From Syntrophorhabdaceae bacterium (lineage in GTDB: Bacteria > Desulfobacterota > Syntrophorhabdia > Syntrophorhabdales > Syntrophorhabdaceae), in NCBI GenBank assembly GCA_963665295.1, contig OY762209.1, forward strand, positions 288,001 to 352,000: a stretch of DNA of 64,000 bases. Direction: 5' to 3'. Shown here piece by piece: positions 8,907-18,411 of the stretch; positions within the stretch are counted from its first letter, which is position 1, and every line of letters begins with the position of its first letter. The position numbers were made by a program, and so were the translations under genes. Under the pieces are notes generated by a model. It was not told the origin of the DNA, ran no database searches, and saw nothing but the letters and a program-made list of their open reading frames with translations.

Positions 8907-9655
8907 TTTCGCACCACGAATATTCTATCGTTTTTGTTGAAACTCAGCCTGCCTTCTTTTTCGAGGGCCGCGAGCATGGTCTCCTTCGCCCGCTCCGGGG
9001 CCACGTCCCTGGCGATAAAGGCCCCTTTGAAATCGATATAGGCCGCGAGGTCCGCCCCGTCCCCCCTGTCGAACTCCAGGGAGTTGTCATAGTCCACCAC
9101 GGTAATCCGGGAGAAATAGGGTCTTAGCATGGCCTCCCCGTTCTCCGCCGAAAAGCCGTGGATCACCTTCTTCAGGTTCGAAAACGAGAAGAAACGCTCA
9201 CCTTCCTCGAGCATGCCCTCGCTGTGGGTAATAATGAGAAGCGTGCCTTCCGGCCCGAGCACCCGCGCCATCTCCCCTATGGCCCCGGGGAAAAAATAGA
9301 GGGAGTAGGCGGCCACCACGAGGTCGAAACACCCGGACGGCAGGTCAAGAGGGGCGGGAAGAAAAACCTTCCTGAAAACCGCCTCTCCCGTGATCTTCCG
9401 CGCCGTTCTCAAAAACTCCTCGCGGTTTTCTTCGAGGCAATCAACCCCCACAACGGTCTCGAAGGGCCCGGCAAGGCCCTTTTCAAACCAGCCGTAGCCG
9501 CACCCTATGTCGAGGATCGTGTGGACACGGTCCCACTCCACCAGCCGGACTGCCGCGCTGTGTATATCCTCTTTGTTCCGGGAATGCTTCTTGATAAGCC
9601 GGGTGACGAGCTTGTGGAAAGGGAGGTCGGCGTAGCTTTTCGTTATCAGGTCCAT
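8903..9655 (-). CDS. Class I SAM-dependent methyltransferase
   Basis: ILDIGCGYG, FDLVVA and RVLGPEG. Confidence 0.85.
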   Translation of the reverse strand: MDLITKSYADLPFHKLVTRLIKKHSRNKEDIHSAAVRLVEWDRVHTILDIGCGYGWFEKGLAGPFETVVGVDCLEENREEFLRTARKITGEAVFRKVFLPAPLDLPSGCFDLVVAAYSLYFFPGAIGEMARVLGPEGTLLIITHSEGMLEEGERFFSFSNLKKVIHGFSAENGEAMLRPYFSRITVVDYDNSLEFDRGDGADLAAYIDFKGAFIARDVAPERAKETMLAALEKEGRLSFNKNDRIFVVRK

Positions 9656-9831
9656 TATGGTTATATAGCGCAGCCTCGGCCGTATTGCAAATAAAAACAG
9701 GGGTGGGTGCCGCCCCTGAGCACGTAGGAGGAAGTGGGACCCTGTTGCAGGGCATGGGGGGGCGAGTCTGGATACGAACTCGGGGAGGGGTTCGCCAAAT
9801 CGGTCGAGGAGGTCCTTTCCGGGGGAATCCC

Positions 9832-10446
9832 CTACCTCTCCGGAAGGCCCTTAAAGGGGCCTTTGCCTTCTCTCAAGACTTCCGCCTCGTCGTTCACGAC
9901 CCTTATGACGGTTGACGGCTCGCCTGATATGATGCCGCCATCCACGATAATGCTCACGTTTCTCTGAAACAGTTTCTCGATCTGTCTCGGGTCCGAAATG
10001 ATGTCCTCTCCCGAAATCCTCGCACTGGTATTGATGATGGGCCTGTCTATGAGGCCGACAAGACCTCGCGGCACGGGATTTTCGGGAATCCTGATGCCCA
10101 CTTCTTTCTTTTCCGTCATCATGAGTTTGGGCATGATTCTCTTTGCCTTGAGCACAAAGGTGTAAGGCCCGGGAAGGTGCCCCTTCAGGAGGTCAAAAGT
10201 GAAGTCGCTCATCACCGCGTAGGTGCTTATCTCTTTCAGGTCCCTGCAGATGATACTCAGGGCCCTGCGGCTGTCCAGATGCTTGATTGCGTAAAGCTTC
10301 CGTATGGCCTTGATATTGAAAAGGTCGCACCCTATTCCATAGAGTGTGTCCGTGGGATAGGCGATAATGCCCCCCAGAAGCAGGGTCTCCCTGATAAGCT
10401 CTGTTACCTTCTTTCTCGGCCGTTCCGGGTCCCACTCGACGATCAC
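9832..10446 (-). CDS. Sua5/YciO/YrdC family protein (threonylcarbamoyl-AMP synthase fold)
   Basis: IAYPTDTLYGIGCD, PGPYTF, VGIRIP, NTSA and PSTVI. Confidence 0.92.
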   Translation of the reverse strand: MIVEWDPERPRKKVTELIRETLLLGGIIAYPTDTLYGIGCDLFNIKAIRKLYAIKHLDSRRALSIICRDLKEISTYAVMSDFTFDLLKGHLPGPYTFVLKAKRIMPKLMMTEKKEVGIRIPENPVPRGLVGLIDRPIINTSARISGEDIISDPRQIEKLFQRNVSIIVDGGIISGEPSTVIRVVNDEAEVLREGKGPFKGLPER

Positions 10447-11000
10447 GATTTCCTCCCCACAAATTGTGCGATTACCCTTTTCTTCCCCTTCGCGGATATG
10501 ATCTTTTCCTCGTAGAAGATGAGGTCAAGGGTGCGGAAGCATGATATCAACTCGCCGTCATCCAGAAGATACTCAGGATCGCGCCACCGGTCAATCATGT
10601 TCTGCCTCTTGAGAAACGTCTCATATATCAGTATACCATCTTTTGCAAGAAGGTCCACGATTTCCCCCATGATATCCCTGAGAAGGAAGTAAAAAACCAT
10701 CACCCCCGATGCGGAGTGCCTTTTGAAAGGGAGCAGGTGTGCGTCCGCCTGGACAAAGGCCGCGCCGTGCCCGCGGGAGGTGTTCCGGCCCGACGCAATC
10801 TTCAGCGCCTCACCGGACCTCTCCAGACCCCACACGGGGTGGCCCTCACCCGCAAGGTAAAGGGCGTCCTTCCCTGTCCCCGACGCGATGTCGATAACCG
10901 GCCCTTTGGGAATGAGGGAACCGAACCGTTCAAGGAGCGCGTGGGGCTTTCCCGTCCCGTCGTAGTTGCCTTCCCGGTACCGGCTGTCCCAATCAGACAT
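10443..11000 (-). CDS. TehB-like class I methyltransferase
   Basis: WDSRY, IDIASGTGKDALYLA and GILIYETF. Confidence 0.82.
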   Translation of the reverse strand: MSDWDSRYREGNYDGTGKPHALLERFGSLIPKGPVIDIASGTGKDALYLAGEGHPVWGLERSGEALKIASGRNTSRGHGAAFVQADAHLLPFKRHSASGVMVFYFLLRDIMGEIVDLLAKDGILIYETFLKRQNMIDRWRDPEYLLDDGELISCFRTLDLIFYEEKIISAKGKKRVIAQFVGRKS

Positions 11001-11826
11001 GGCCGAAAACCCGCCGGGCGTTGCCTGATAAGACGCTCTCCTTTGCCTCGTCGCCGAGCATGTTTATGCCTGTGTCATACCTCTTGAAGGAGAGCAGCGG
11101 ATGATCGGAGCCGAAGAGCGTTTTTCTCGCAAGAAACCCGTCGATAAACCGGTAGGTCTCGTTGCCGTAAATATAGGGAAGGGCTGCCGTGTCATAGTAT
11201 ACCCTTGAAAAGGCGTTCCTTATCTCCGGCATAAACTCATAGAAGCAGAGGCCGCCGCCGAGATGGGCAAGGATGAAGGTCAAATCCTGGTGGGCTTCAA
11301 CGAACCCCGCAACCTCCACGAAATCGACGGGCATCTTCCCCGCATACTGATGGCCCACCTGTTCGTTCAGGTGGAGCAGGAGGACTGCGTTCATCATGGC
11401 CGCAAGGCTCGCGATCCCGTCAAGCTGCTTCAACTGGTCTCCCCCGAGACCGGCCTCGTAGACCGCCACCTCGCCGATACCCCTGGCGCCCAACCTCAGG
11501 CACCTTTCCGCTTCCCGCACGCCGGTTTCCTTGTCCTTGATGTTGACCGACCCCATGGGTATGATGTTGGGGTGGTTACGTGCCGTTTCGAGGATGTAGT
11601 CATTCGTGCGCCTCAGAAGGTCCGTGTCCTCAAAAGGAAAACCGCACGCCACCGCTGCGTCTACGTGTTCCCTCTCCATGTACTTGAGGAGGGCCGTGTG
11701 GTCCACCATGCTCGATCTCAGGTTCCCGTAGATCTTCCGGAAGCCCTCGTCCGTAATCGCTATGGTCTTCCTTCTTTCTATAATCTCCGGCGGAAATATG
11801 TGGGTGTGGGCGTCAATAATGTCCAT
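10993..11826 (-). CDS. Amidohydrolase_2 family metallohydrolase
   Basis: IDAHTH, GIGE, ILAHLGGG, YDTAA and FGSDHP. Confidence 0.9.
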   Translation of the reverse strand: MDIIDAHTHIFPPEIIERRKTIAITDEGFRKIYGNLRSSMVDHTALLKYMEREHVDAAVACGFPFEDTDLLRRTNDYILETARNHPNIIPMGSVNIKDKETGVREAERCLRLGARGIGEVAVYEAGLGGDQLKQLDGIASLAAMMNAVLLLHLNEQVGHQYAGKMPVDFVEVAGFVEAHQDLTFILAHLGGGLCFYEFMPEIRNAFSRVYYDTAALPYIYGNETYRFIDGFLARKTLFGSDHPLLSFKRYDTGINMLGDEAKESVLSGNARRVFGHV

Positions 11827-11896
11827 GCCCTCTTATTATAAAGGCTTGCCCCGCGAAAGAATAGATTTTTTTTCGTTTTGGTGCTATATAAACCAC

Positions 11897-12538
11897 ATGG
11901 CCGTAAAAATTGCCTTTCTCGACTGCGACGGCACCCTCACCCGAATAAAGAGCAGTTGGGAGTACCTCCACAGAAGGCTCGAAATCTGGGACAACAATGC
12001 AGACGAGTACCAGCGGCTTTTCAGGGAAGGTGCCATCGACTACGAAGAATTCTGTCGAAGGGATGCCCTTCTCTGGAAGGGGCTTTCCCTATCGCGGGTC
12101 ATGGAGATGGTGGAAGAGATACCCTACCACGAGGGGTCCAGGGAGGCCATAGAAGTCTTCAGGGCGATGGGTATCTACACGGTGATACTCTCGACGGGTC
12201 TTTCTCTCCTCGTGGACCGCGTGAAGGACGATCTCGGTATTCACATGGCCCTGTCGAACGACCTTCTCGTCAGGGAAGGGTGTATCACGGGGGACATAAG
12301 GATAAACGTCGATTACGAAAAGAAAGGTGAACTTGTCCGGAAGATCCTCCAGGAAAGGGGCCTCACCCCGGAGGAGGCATGTGCCGTAGGTGACGGCGAA
12401 GGGGATATGGGCATGTTCAAGGCGGTAAAGCTCGCCATAGGGTTTCACACCCCGGAGAGTATGCTCCCTCACGTGGCTCACACGTCTTACCACGATTCCT
12501 TCATGGACGTGGTGGAGATCGTGAAGCAACATGCGTAA
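11897..12538 (+). CDS. HAD-IB family hydrolase (phosphoserine phosphatase-like)
   Basis: FLDCDGTL, ILSTG and VGDGEGD. Confidence 0.88.
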   Translation: MAVKIAFLDCDGTLTRIKSSWEYLHRRLEIWDNNADEYQRLFREGAIDYEEFCRRDALLWKGLSLSRVMEMVEEIPYHEGSREAIEVFRAMGIYTVILSTGLSLLVDRVKDDLGIHMALSNDLLVREGCITGDIRINVDYEKKGELVRKILQERGLTPEEACAVGDGEGDMGMFKAVKLAIGFHTPESMLPHVAHTSYHDSFMDVVEIVKQHA

Positions 12539-13022
12539 CGGAATGACGGGGCGCAACATGAAGGGCGCCGTCCTCCTTGCCGTCCTCCTTCTCATTTACG
12601 GCTGCGGTACCCCGAAGAAAGTGAAACTTTACGAGTCCCCCTCTTCCGCCCCTGTCTCGGACCTGAGAAACAACATCATCGAAACCGCGATCAGTCTCCA
12701 TGGGAATCCTTACAGGAGCGGCGCGAAAGGCTCAGACGCCTTCGACTGCAGCGGGTTCGTCCATTACGTTTACAAGAGATCGGGTATAAGTGTCCCTGTG
12801 TCCACAGACGCCCTCATAAAGACGGGCACCGAGATTTCCAGGGACCAGGTTCAACCGGGCGACCTTGTCTTTTTCAAGATCAAAAAGGATCTTCACACCG
12901 GCATTATGATCAACAGAAAGGAGTTCATCCACGCCTCGAAATCGAGGGGCATAGCCCTGGACAACGTGGATGCCAATTATTGGAGACGCAGCTTCCAGTC
13001 TTTCAGGTGCGTCCTCGGGTAA
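12531..13022 (+). CDS. NlpC/P60 (C40) lipoprotein peptidase
   Basis: Lipobox IYGC, PYRSG, FDCSGFV, PGDLVFF, HTGI and FIHAS. Confidence 0.92.
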   Translation: MRNGMTGRNMKGAVLLAVLLLIYGCGTPKKVKLYESPSSAPVSDLRNNIIETAISLHGNPYRSGAKGSDAFDCSGFVHYVYKRSGISVPVSTDALIKTGTEISRDQVQPGDLVFFKIKKDLHTGIMINRKEFIHASKSRGIALDNVDANYWRRSFQSFRCVLG

Positions 13023-13059
13023 GGAAGGGCAGTGCCCATGCGGCGTGCGGGTGGAGCGG

Positions 13060-13542
13060 CTAGTCTACGTGAATGCCGCTACGCTTCAAGTAATCTCTCA
13101 GGCTGGTCGTCTTATAGACCTTTTTCCGCGCGAAATCGACTACAAGGCCGAATTCCTTCTTGTTCATGTATCCGGGCACCCGGAACACCGGCTTGCCCGT
13201 CGGCTCCAGGGCACAGGTAGTGGGATAGCCTCTTATGCCGTACTTCGAGCCGAGGTCGGGCCGTTTGTCAACGTCGATTCTCAGGAACACCACATCCTTC
13301 TTCAACATGGCCGTCACGTCCTTATCGGCGAGCACTTCCTTCTCCATGGCAGTGCAGTAGGGACAATACTGGTTATAGAAATAGAGGACCGCCGCCTTGT
13401 CCTCCGCCTTTGCCTTCTTCATGGCGTCGGTAAAATCGTCGGCGAAAAGAAGGGTGTGGCCGAGGCAAATGACCGCCACTCCGAGGAGACCGGCCTTCCA
13501 CAGCTTAAGGGCAATAAGTCTGATACGGCAATTCGTTTTCAT
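13060..13542 (-). CDS. Exported thioredoxin-like protein (SoxW-like)
   Basis: Hydrophobic N-terminus, CPYC and the cis-Pro motif GYPT. Start is approximate. Confidence 0.8.
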   Translation of the reverse strand: MKTNCRIRLIALKLWKAGLLGVAVICLGHTLLFADDFTDAMKKAKAEDKAAVLYFYNQYCPYCTAMEKEVLADKDVTAMLKKDVVFLRIDVDKRPDLGSKYGIRGYPTTCALEPTGKPVFRVPGYMNKKEFGLVVDFARKKVYKTTSLRDYLKRSGIHVD

Positions 13543-13669
13543 GCTATGAAAGATACCATAATCCCCGTTTAATGTCATCACGGGCGCTGAGCGCGAGGCA
13601 GCGTGACACGCGGCACGGGGGACGTGACCGGCAGAGGGCAGGTTTTGTGCAATTAATTCCGGATAGGCC

Positions 13670-13697
13670 TAAATGAAAGCCCCCTGCCTGCCGATAA
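13670..13697 (+). promoter_or_regulatory. sigma28 (FliA)-like promoter
   Basis: TAAA (13670-13673)-N16-GCCGATAA (13690-13697). The canonical spacer is 15. Confidence 0.6.
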
Positions 13698-13709
13698 CAA
13701 AAAAGACCC

Positions 13710-14726
13710 ATGAGCGACGGCCTATCTCAATCAGACCTCGACGCCCTGTTCGCGGAAATGCAGGCTACGGCAAAAGAGGCGGAAACCCGCACAAAGGCGG
13801 AGGAAGGCGACGGCCTGTCCCAATCCGACCTCGATGCTCTCTTTGCGGAGCAGCAGGATACCCCGGCAACGATAAAGATTCACCCGAAGGTGGAGGAAAG
13901 CGATGGCCTGTCTCAATCGGACCTCGATGCTCTCTTTGCGGAGATGCAGGCTACGGCAAAAGAGACGAAAGCCGGGACAAAGGCGGAGGAAGGCGACGGC
14001 CTGTCTCAATCCGACCTCGACGCTCTCTTTGCGGAGCAGCAGGATACCCCGGCAACGATAAAGATTCACCCGAAGGTGGAGGAAAGCGACGGCCTGTCCC
14101 AATCCGACCTCGACGCCCTGTTCGCAGAGATGCAGACTACGGCAAAAGAGGCGAAAACCGGCACGAAGGCGGAGGAAAGCGACGGCCTGTCCCAATCCGA
14201 CCTCGATGCTCTCTTTGCGGAGCAGCAGGATACCCCGGCAACGATAAAGATTCACCCGAAGGTGGAGGAAAGCGACGGCCTGTCCCAATCCGACCTCGAC
14301 GCCCTGTTCGCAGAGATGCAGACTACGGCAAAAGAGGCGAAAACCGGCACGAAGGCGGAGGAAAGCGACGGCCTGTCCCAATCCGACCTCGATGCTCTCT
14401 TTGCACAGCAGGATACCCCAGCAACGATAAAGATTCACCCGAAGGTGGAGGAAAGCGACGGCCTGTCCCAATCCGACCTCGATGCCCTGTTCGCGGGCCG
14501 GTCGGAGACGGCAGGGAAGCCGAAGGCGGGAGAGAGCGACGGTCTCTCCCAATCCGACCTCGACGCCCTGTTCGCGGGAATTACAGTCACGAGCACGGCC
14601 CCCGGGACCGAGATAAAGATGGAGGACGGGTGGGAGTTGCCCCCTGCCGCTTCTCCTGACGCGGGAGAAGTCCTCTCTCAGGATGAGATCGACAAGATGC
14701 TCGCCATGTTCGGCAGCGGAGGATAA
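13710..14726 (+). CDS. Tandem-repeat protein with 10x LSQSDLDALF plus a terminal EVLSQDEIDKML (FliM-N/CheZ-C-like motifs)
   Basis: 338-aa acidic ORF built from alternating 31-aa units. The repeat lengths preserve frame, and the ORF is flanked by a promoter-like site and a terminator hairpin. Confidence 0.8.
   Translation: MSDGLSQSDLDALFAEMQATAKEAETRTKAEEGDGLSQSDLDALFAEQQDTPATIKIHPKVEESDGLSQSDLDALFAEMQATAKETKAGTKAEEGDGLSQSDLDALFAEQQDTPATIKIHPKVEESDGLSQSDLDALFAEMQTTAKEAKTGTKAEESDGLSQSDLDALFAEQQDTPATIKIHPKVEESDGLSQSDLDALFAEMQTTAKEAKTGTKAEESDGLSQSDLDALFAQQDTPATIKIHPKVEESDGLSQSDLDALFAGRSETAGKPKAGESDGLSQSDLDALFAGITVTSTAPGTEIKMEDGWELPPAASPDAGEVLSQDEIDKMLAMFGSGG
13713..14578 (+). repeat. Coding tandem repeat, ~93-bp units in a 186-bp A/B higher-order repeat
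   Basis: The core GACGGCCTGTCCCAATCCGACCTCGAYGC recurs 10 times with synonymous variation. Confidence 0.92.
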
Positions 14727-14762
14727 GCCTCGTTGCCGTCTTTACCATTTGCCTGAAAACGA

Positions 14763-14793
14763 CCGGGGGCAGCGGATAGTCCGCTGCCCCCGG
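14763..14793. terminator. Strong hairpin between convergent genes
   Basis: CCGGGGGCAGCGGA-TAG-TCCGCTGCCCCCGG perfect stem. U-tracts are poor. Confidence 0.65.
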
Positions 14794-14808
14794 ATCATGT
14801 ATGAACCT

Positions 14809-16824
14809 CTATTTTGTTGTCCCCGTGCCCGAAACCTTAATCACCGTTTCAGGCGACGCAGGGTCATCCGACGGGATAGTCACCGTCGCGGATTTGGCCC
14901 CCATGGATTTAGGCCCGAAAACGACCTTAAAGGTACACTTCTTGTTGGCCGCGAGAGGCGGATCGATGTCCGAGCAGGTATCGCTCACAATCGCAAAATC
15001 GTCCACGCTCACCTCGTCCGGGGTGAGGTAAATCTCGCCTATCGTGAGAGGGGCTGTTCCCTTGGTCGTCTTATTGGTCACGGAGAACGTGGCGGTGCTC
15101 GTTTTGCTGTTCGCCTTCACGTTGCCGAACTTCTTGTCTACAGGGGAAACAACGAGGGTCGGGTTGCTCGCGAATACGGCCGTCACCGTCTTTGCCTCGC
15201 CCATCGTAACGCTGCAGGTAGCCTTCGAGGAGCCGGCGCATCCCGACCAACCGTCAAACACGTATCCCTTGCCCGCCTTTGCGGTGAGGGTCACTTTCCT
15301 GCCATCCGCAAAGGGCTGGGAACATTGACCGCCCTCGTTGCTGCAATTGATGCCCACAGGAGAACTCTTCACGCTTCCCGCACCGGATACCTCTATCGTG
15401 AGGACCTGGGGGACCTTCTCCACCATGACTTTCGTGAAATAGGCTGCAGCCTGAGCGTCGGTCCCCCATCCCATCACAACGGCACTGAGACCTTTGTAGG
15501 GCACCTTGGCATTGGTCAGATTCACGGTTATCTCGGGGTCCGGAGTGTAGGAGAATGATTCGCTGCCCCCTTTGAAATTGAATTTCGTGCCGTCCCATCC
15601 CACCGACAGCGTGTACGCCTTATCGAGGGCGATGGGCTTCGTGAAGTCGTGCGAACAGAGCACTTCCTGTTCGGGAATGGTGGTGCCCGTAAATCTCGTT
15701 ACCCACCATCTTCCCGTCAAGGTCCCGTCGCCTTTGGTCTGAAGTCTCGTGAAAGCGCCGATATCTCCCGTGTAACCCTCCCCCTCCGAACCGTCGTTAA
15801 AGAATCTTCCCCCTACGTAGGTGCTCACGCCTACCTTCGCGGGGTCGGCGGAGAACAGTCTGTGAGCCACGACGTCGGCCTGTATGGTCCTCACGGAGTC
15901 GGGTGCGTTTATGGGAAGATAACTCTCGCTGCTCGTCGTGGAATTCGCAGTGGTCCGGGCGCGCAGTATAAGGTGTTTGTCCTTGATCATCCTCACGAAC
16001 TCATAAGACCTCCATCTACTTGCATCGATCTCGTTCGCCGAGAAATCATCGTAAAGGGCGTCGTTTACGTATACGTCGTCAAAGCTCGCAAAAACGGAGG
16101 CGGCCTTACCTGCGTTGTTCGACACCCTCGTATACATCCCCTTGAAAAGGGTGTTGGGAGCATTGATGGATGTGGAGGGCACGTAGTTCCGGGTCTGTCC
16201 CCCGTAACTGAAGATGAACTGCGCGCCGTCCCACTCCACAGTCACGGGATACGCGGTCCCGATCACTGCGGGAGTCTCAAAACTACCTCCTGAAAGGGCC
16301 TCGACACTGTTGCAGTCCGACGAAGTGGCCCTCACCACAGTCCAGAAGACAACGGGCGCCCCGCCGCTTGACGGGGTATTGCCCACGCCGATCTGGCCGA
16401 GCACATCACCCGTACAGTCACCGCTCACGCCGGATGAGCCGTCGTTGTAAAACCGTCCCGCTACGACGGCCATGGCACTGGCGCCGTCGGCATTCACGTA
16501 TACGGTCGGTGTAATGACTGCCGCGATCTTCGTTTTACCCCCGGGGCTCGCAAAGTTGATGAAGCTCATAAGCGGGCCGGTGGACCCGCCGGCGCTTCTT
16601 ACGCCGAGACGAAGGTTGTGAGCGTCCGTGTCGATGACGCGGACGGATTCGTAAAGATGCCACTTGGCGGCATCGATCGGACTCACACTGAGCGTGTCAT
16701 AGGAGGTGAGCGTCGAGGCTGAGTAAGCGGTTGGACCAAAACCCGCAAAAGAAACGGCGGCGGCAAAGAGAACGATCATGAACACTTTCGGCAAGAATCT
16801 GGTAATCACAGGCAACCCCCTCAT
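14809..16824 (-). CDS. Secreted surface protein: duplicated beta-rich domain + InlB-B-like repeat + C-terminal Ig-like (choice-of-anchor D-like) domain
   Basis: Signal-like N-terminus, GSVKSSPVGINC...VTLTA...FDGWSGC...TVTAVF, and C-terminal FSVTN...FAIVSDTC...CTFKVVFGP...SDDP. Start is approximate. Confidence 0.75.
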   Translation of the reverse strand: MRGLPVITRFLPKVFMIVLFAAAVSFAGFGPTAYSASTLTSYDTLSVSPIDAAKWHLYESVRVIDTDAHNLRLGVRSAGGSTGPLMSFINFASPGGKTKIAAVITPTVYVNADGASAMAVVAGRFYNDGSSGVSGDCTGDVLGQIGVGNTPSSGGAPVVFWTVVRATSSDCNSVEALSGGSFETPAVIGTAYPVTVEWDGAQFIFSYGGQTRNYVPSTSINAPNTLFKGMYTRVSNNAGKAASVFASFDDVYVNDALYDDFSANEIDASRWRSYEFVRMIKDKHLILRARTTANSTTSSESYLPINAPDSVRTIQADVVAHRLFSADPAKVGVSTYVGGRFFNDGSEGEGYTGDIGAFTRLQTKGDGTLTGRWWVTRFTGTTIPEQEVLCSHDFTKPIALDKAYTLSVGWDGTKFNFKGGSESFSYTPDPEITVNLTNAKVPYKGLSAVVMGWGTDAQAAAYFTKVMVEKVPQVLTIEVSGAGSVKSSPVGINCSNEGGQCSQPFADGRKVTLTAKAGKGYVFDGWSGCAGSSKATCSVTMGEAKTVTAVFASNPTLVVSPVDKKFGNVKANSKTSTATFSVTNKTTKGTAPLTIGEIYLTPDEVSVDDFAIVSDTCSDIDPPLAANKKCTFKVVFGPKSMGAKSATVTIPSDDPASPETVIKVSGTGTTK

Positions 16825-17067
16825 GGAATTTTTTGATAAAAACACCGTCAGGGCAAAAGCGCGAAACGAATGAACCACATGCTGTCCGGGAGCCCCCAAT
16901 CCTTTTCAGGCCCACGGACCCTCCTTTGGCAGTCGTCCCCTGCTTGACCCCCCCCTTACAATATTTGTACGTGTTTCATGCCGGGAGATCAAGAGAAAAA
17001 CAGGCCGCGGCGGCCTCTTTTCGCAAAGAATATACGGGTTTACTCTCCCCGGGGAAAAGGGTAGAAT

Positions 17068-18375
17068 ATGGGCCGGAAAAGGGATATGATGAGCGACGGA
17101 AAAAGATCCGCCCCCGGGCGCGCCGATGCCTGGGGCATGAAGGAAAAATACTTTCACAGCCTGGGTGCCCTCCTTCTTGAGGAAGGACGCCTTGACGAAG
17201 CCATGGAAGCATTGCGCTCGGCCCTTGCCCTCGATGAGACTTCATACGCCCGTTACGACCTCGCCATGGCCCATCTCAAGAAGGGCGAAACCGGCAAGGC
17301 CCTCTGCGAATTGGACCGCGCAATAGAACTGGAGCCCTCGGCTCCCGAATACCGTTACGAGAGAAGCCTCATAACGCGCGCGACGGACAATCCTGATTGC
17401 CCATCCCCGGACCTCGTGAGGGCCGTTGAACTGGACCCCAACTACGGGCGCATAGATGATATCAGATCGGCCTCGGAGACGGTGCGCAGAGGATTTTCCG
17501 ATCCAGAAATGCGGGAGTGGTGCGACGAGGTTGACGCCGCCGACCCCGAACTTCGATCAGTGGTTCTCGGCCTGGAAGAGTCGCTCCGCACCCTCTATGA
17601 GATCGAAACCGCCTCATCCTGTCCGATCACACTCTGCCCGGCCTATTGCTGCCATTTCACCGGTCACCCCGTGCGCCACGGGCTGACCCTCGGGGCCTGG
17701 AAACTCCGCTCCATAAGGGCGCTTCTGAAGGAAGAGGGGCTTTCCGAGGAAGACTTTCTTGAGCGCCTGCCTTTTCATGGAGAGGAGTACCTGGAGAGAC
17801 TCGTCCCGCCCCACCATATACTGAAAGAAAAGGGGGGACAATTCATCTTCTCTCCAAAAAGAGGAGTGGACGGACTCGACGAAGCCCTCCTCAGGGACCT
17901 TCCCCGAGGGCAGAGTTACCAGACCCTCATGTGGACCAACGGGCGCGCCCGGGCGTGCGCCTTCCTCAGGGAGAGGAGGTGCGCCATTCACGACACGGGC
18001 GACGAAGCCGCCCTCCCCGCGTGCAAGCAGTTCCTCTGCCTCACCGGTTTCGTCTTCGTCATACTCGAACATCTCGGTATGTCCGACCGGGCCCTCCTCG
18101 CAGGGAGAAGCATGAGGGACATGAACGGGATTGCCGTGGAAGCCCTCCTCGTCCTTTCCCGCTCGTTTTACGCCCATCCGGGGCTCACTGCATCCAAAAG
18201 GGCCGCAAAGGAGGCGCTGAAGGCCGCGGCGGAAGCGGACAGGACCGGTGATTACGAGGCGCTGAGAGCAAGGATCGCCGAATACCGGCGCCTTGCGGGA
18301 GCCTCGGAAGAAATGGCCGCGGTTCTCAGGAAGGAAACGGGAAGGGCTGTCCGGAGACTCCTCGACCCCCTGTAA
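17068..18375 (+). CDS. TPR-repeat protein with a YkgJ-like Cys-cluster domain
   Basis: N-terminal TPR-like helices (LDRAIELEP, AVELDPNY), then CPITLCPAYCC, CAFL...CAIH and PACKQFLC. The start may be 17137. Confidence 0.7.
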   Translation: MGRKRDMMSDGKRSAPGRADAWGMKEKYFHSLGALLLEEGRLDEAMEALRSALALDETSYARYDLAMAHLKKGETGKALCELDRAIELEPSAPEYRYERSLITRATDNPDCPSPDLVRAVELDPNYGRIDDIRSASETVRRGFSDPEMREWCDEVDAADPELRSVVLGLEESLRTLYEIETASSCPITLCPAYCCHFTGHPVRHGLTLGAWKLRSIRALLKEEGLSEEDFLERLPFHGEEYLERLVPPHHILKEKGGQFIFSPKRGVDGLDEALLRDLPRGQSYQTLMWTNGRARACAFLRERRCAIHDTGDEAALPACKQFLCLTGFVFVILEHLGMSDRALLAGRSMRDMNGIAVEALLVLSRSFYAHPGLTASKRAAKEALKAAAEADRTGDYEALRARIAEYRRLAGASEEMAAVLRKETGRAVRRLLDPL

Positions 18376-18411
18376 GGGAGCGGTTTGCCTGCGGGCGTTG
18401 CCCTTTGCCCA

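Noticed and set aside
13713..14578. CRISPR-like repeat/spacer appearance
   Set aside because: The 'spacers' are themselves repeated and alternate A/B, the units keep frame, the repeats vary at synonymous positions, and no cas genes are in the window.
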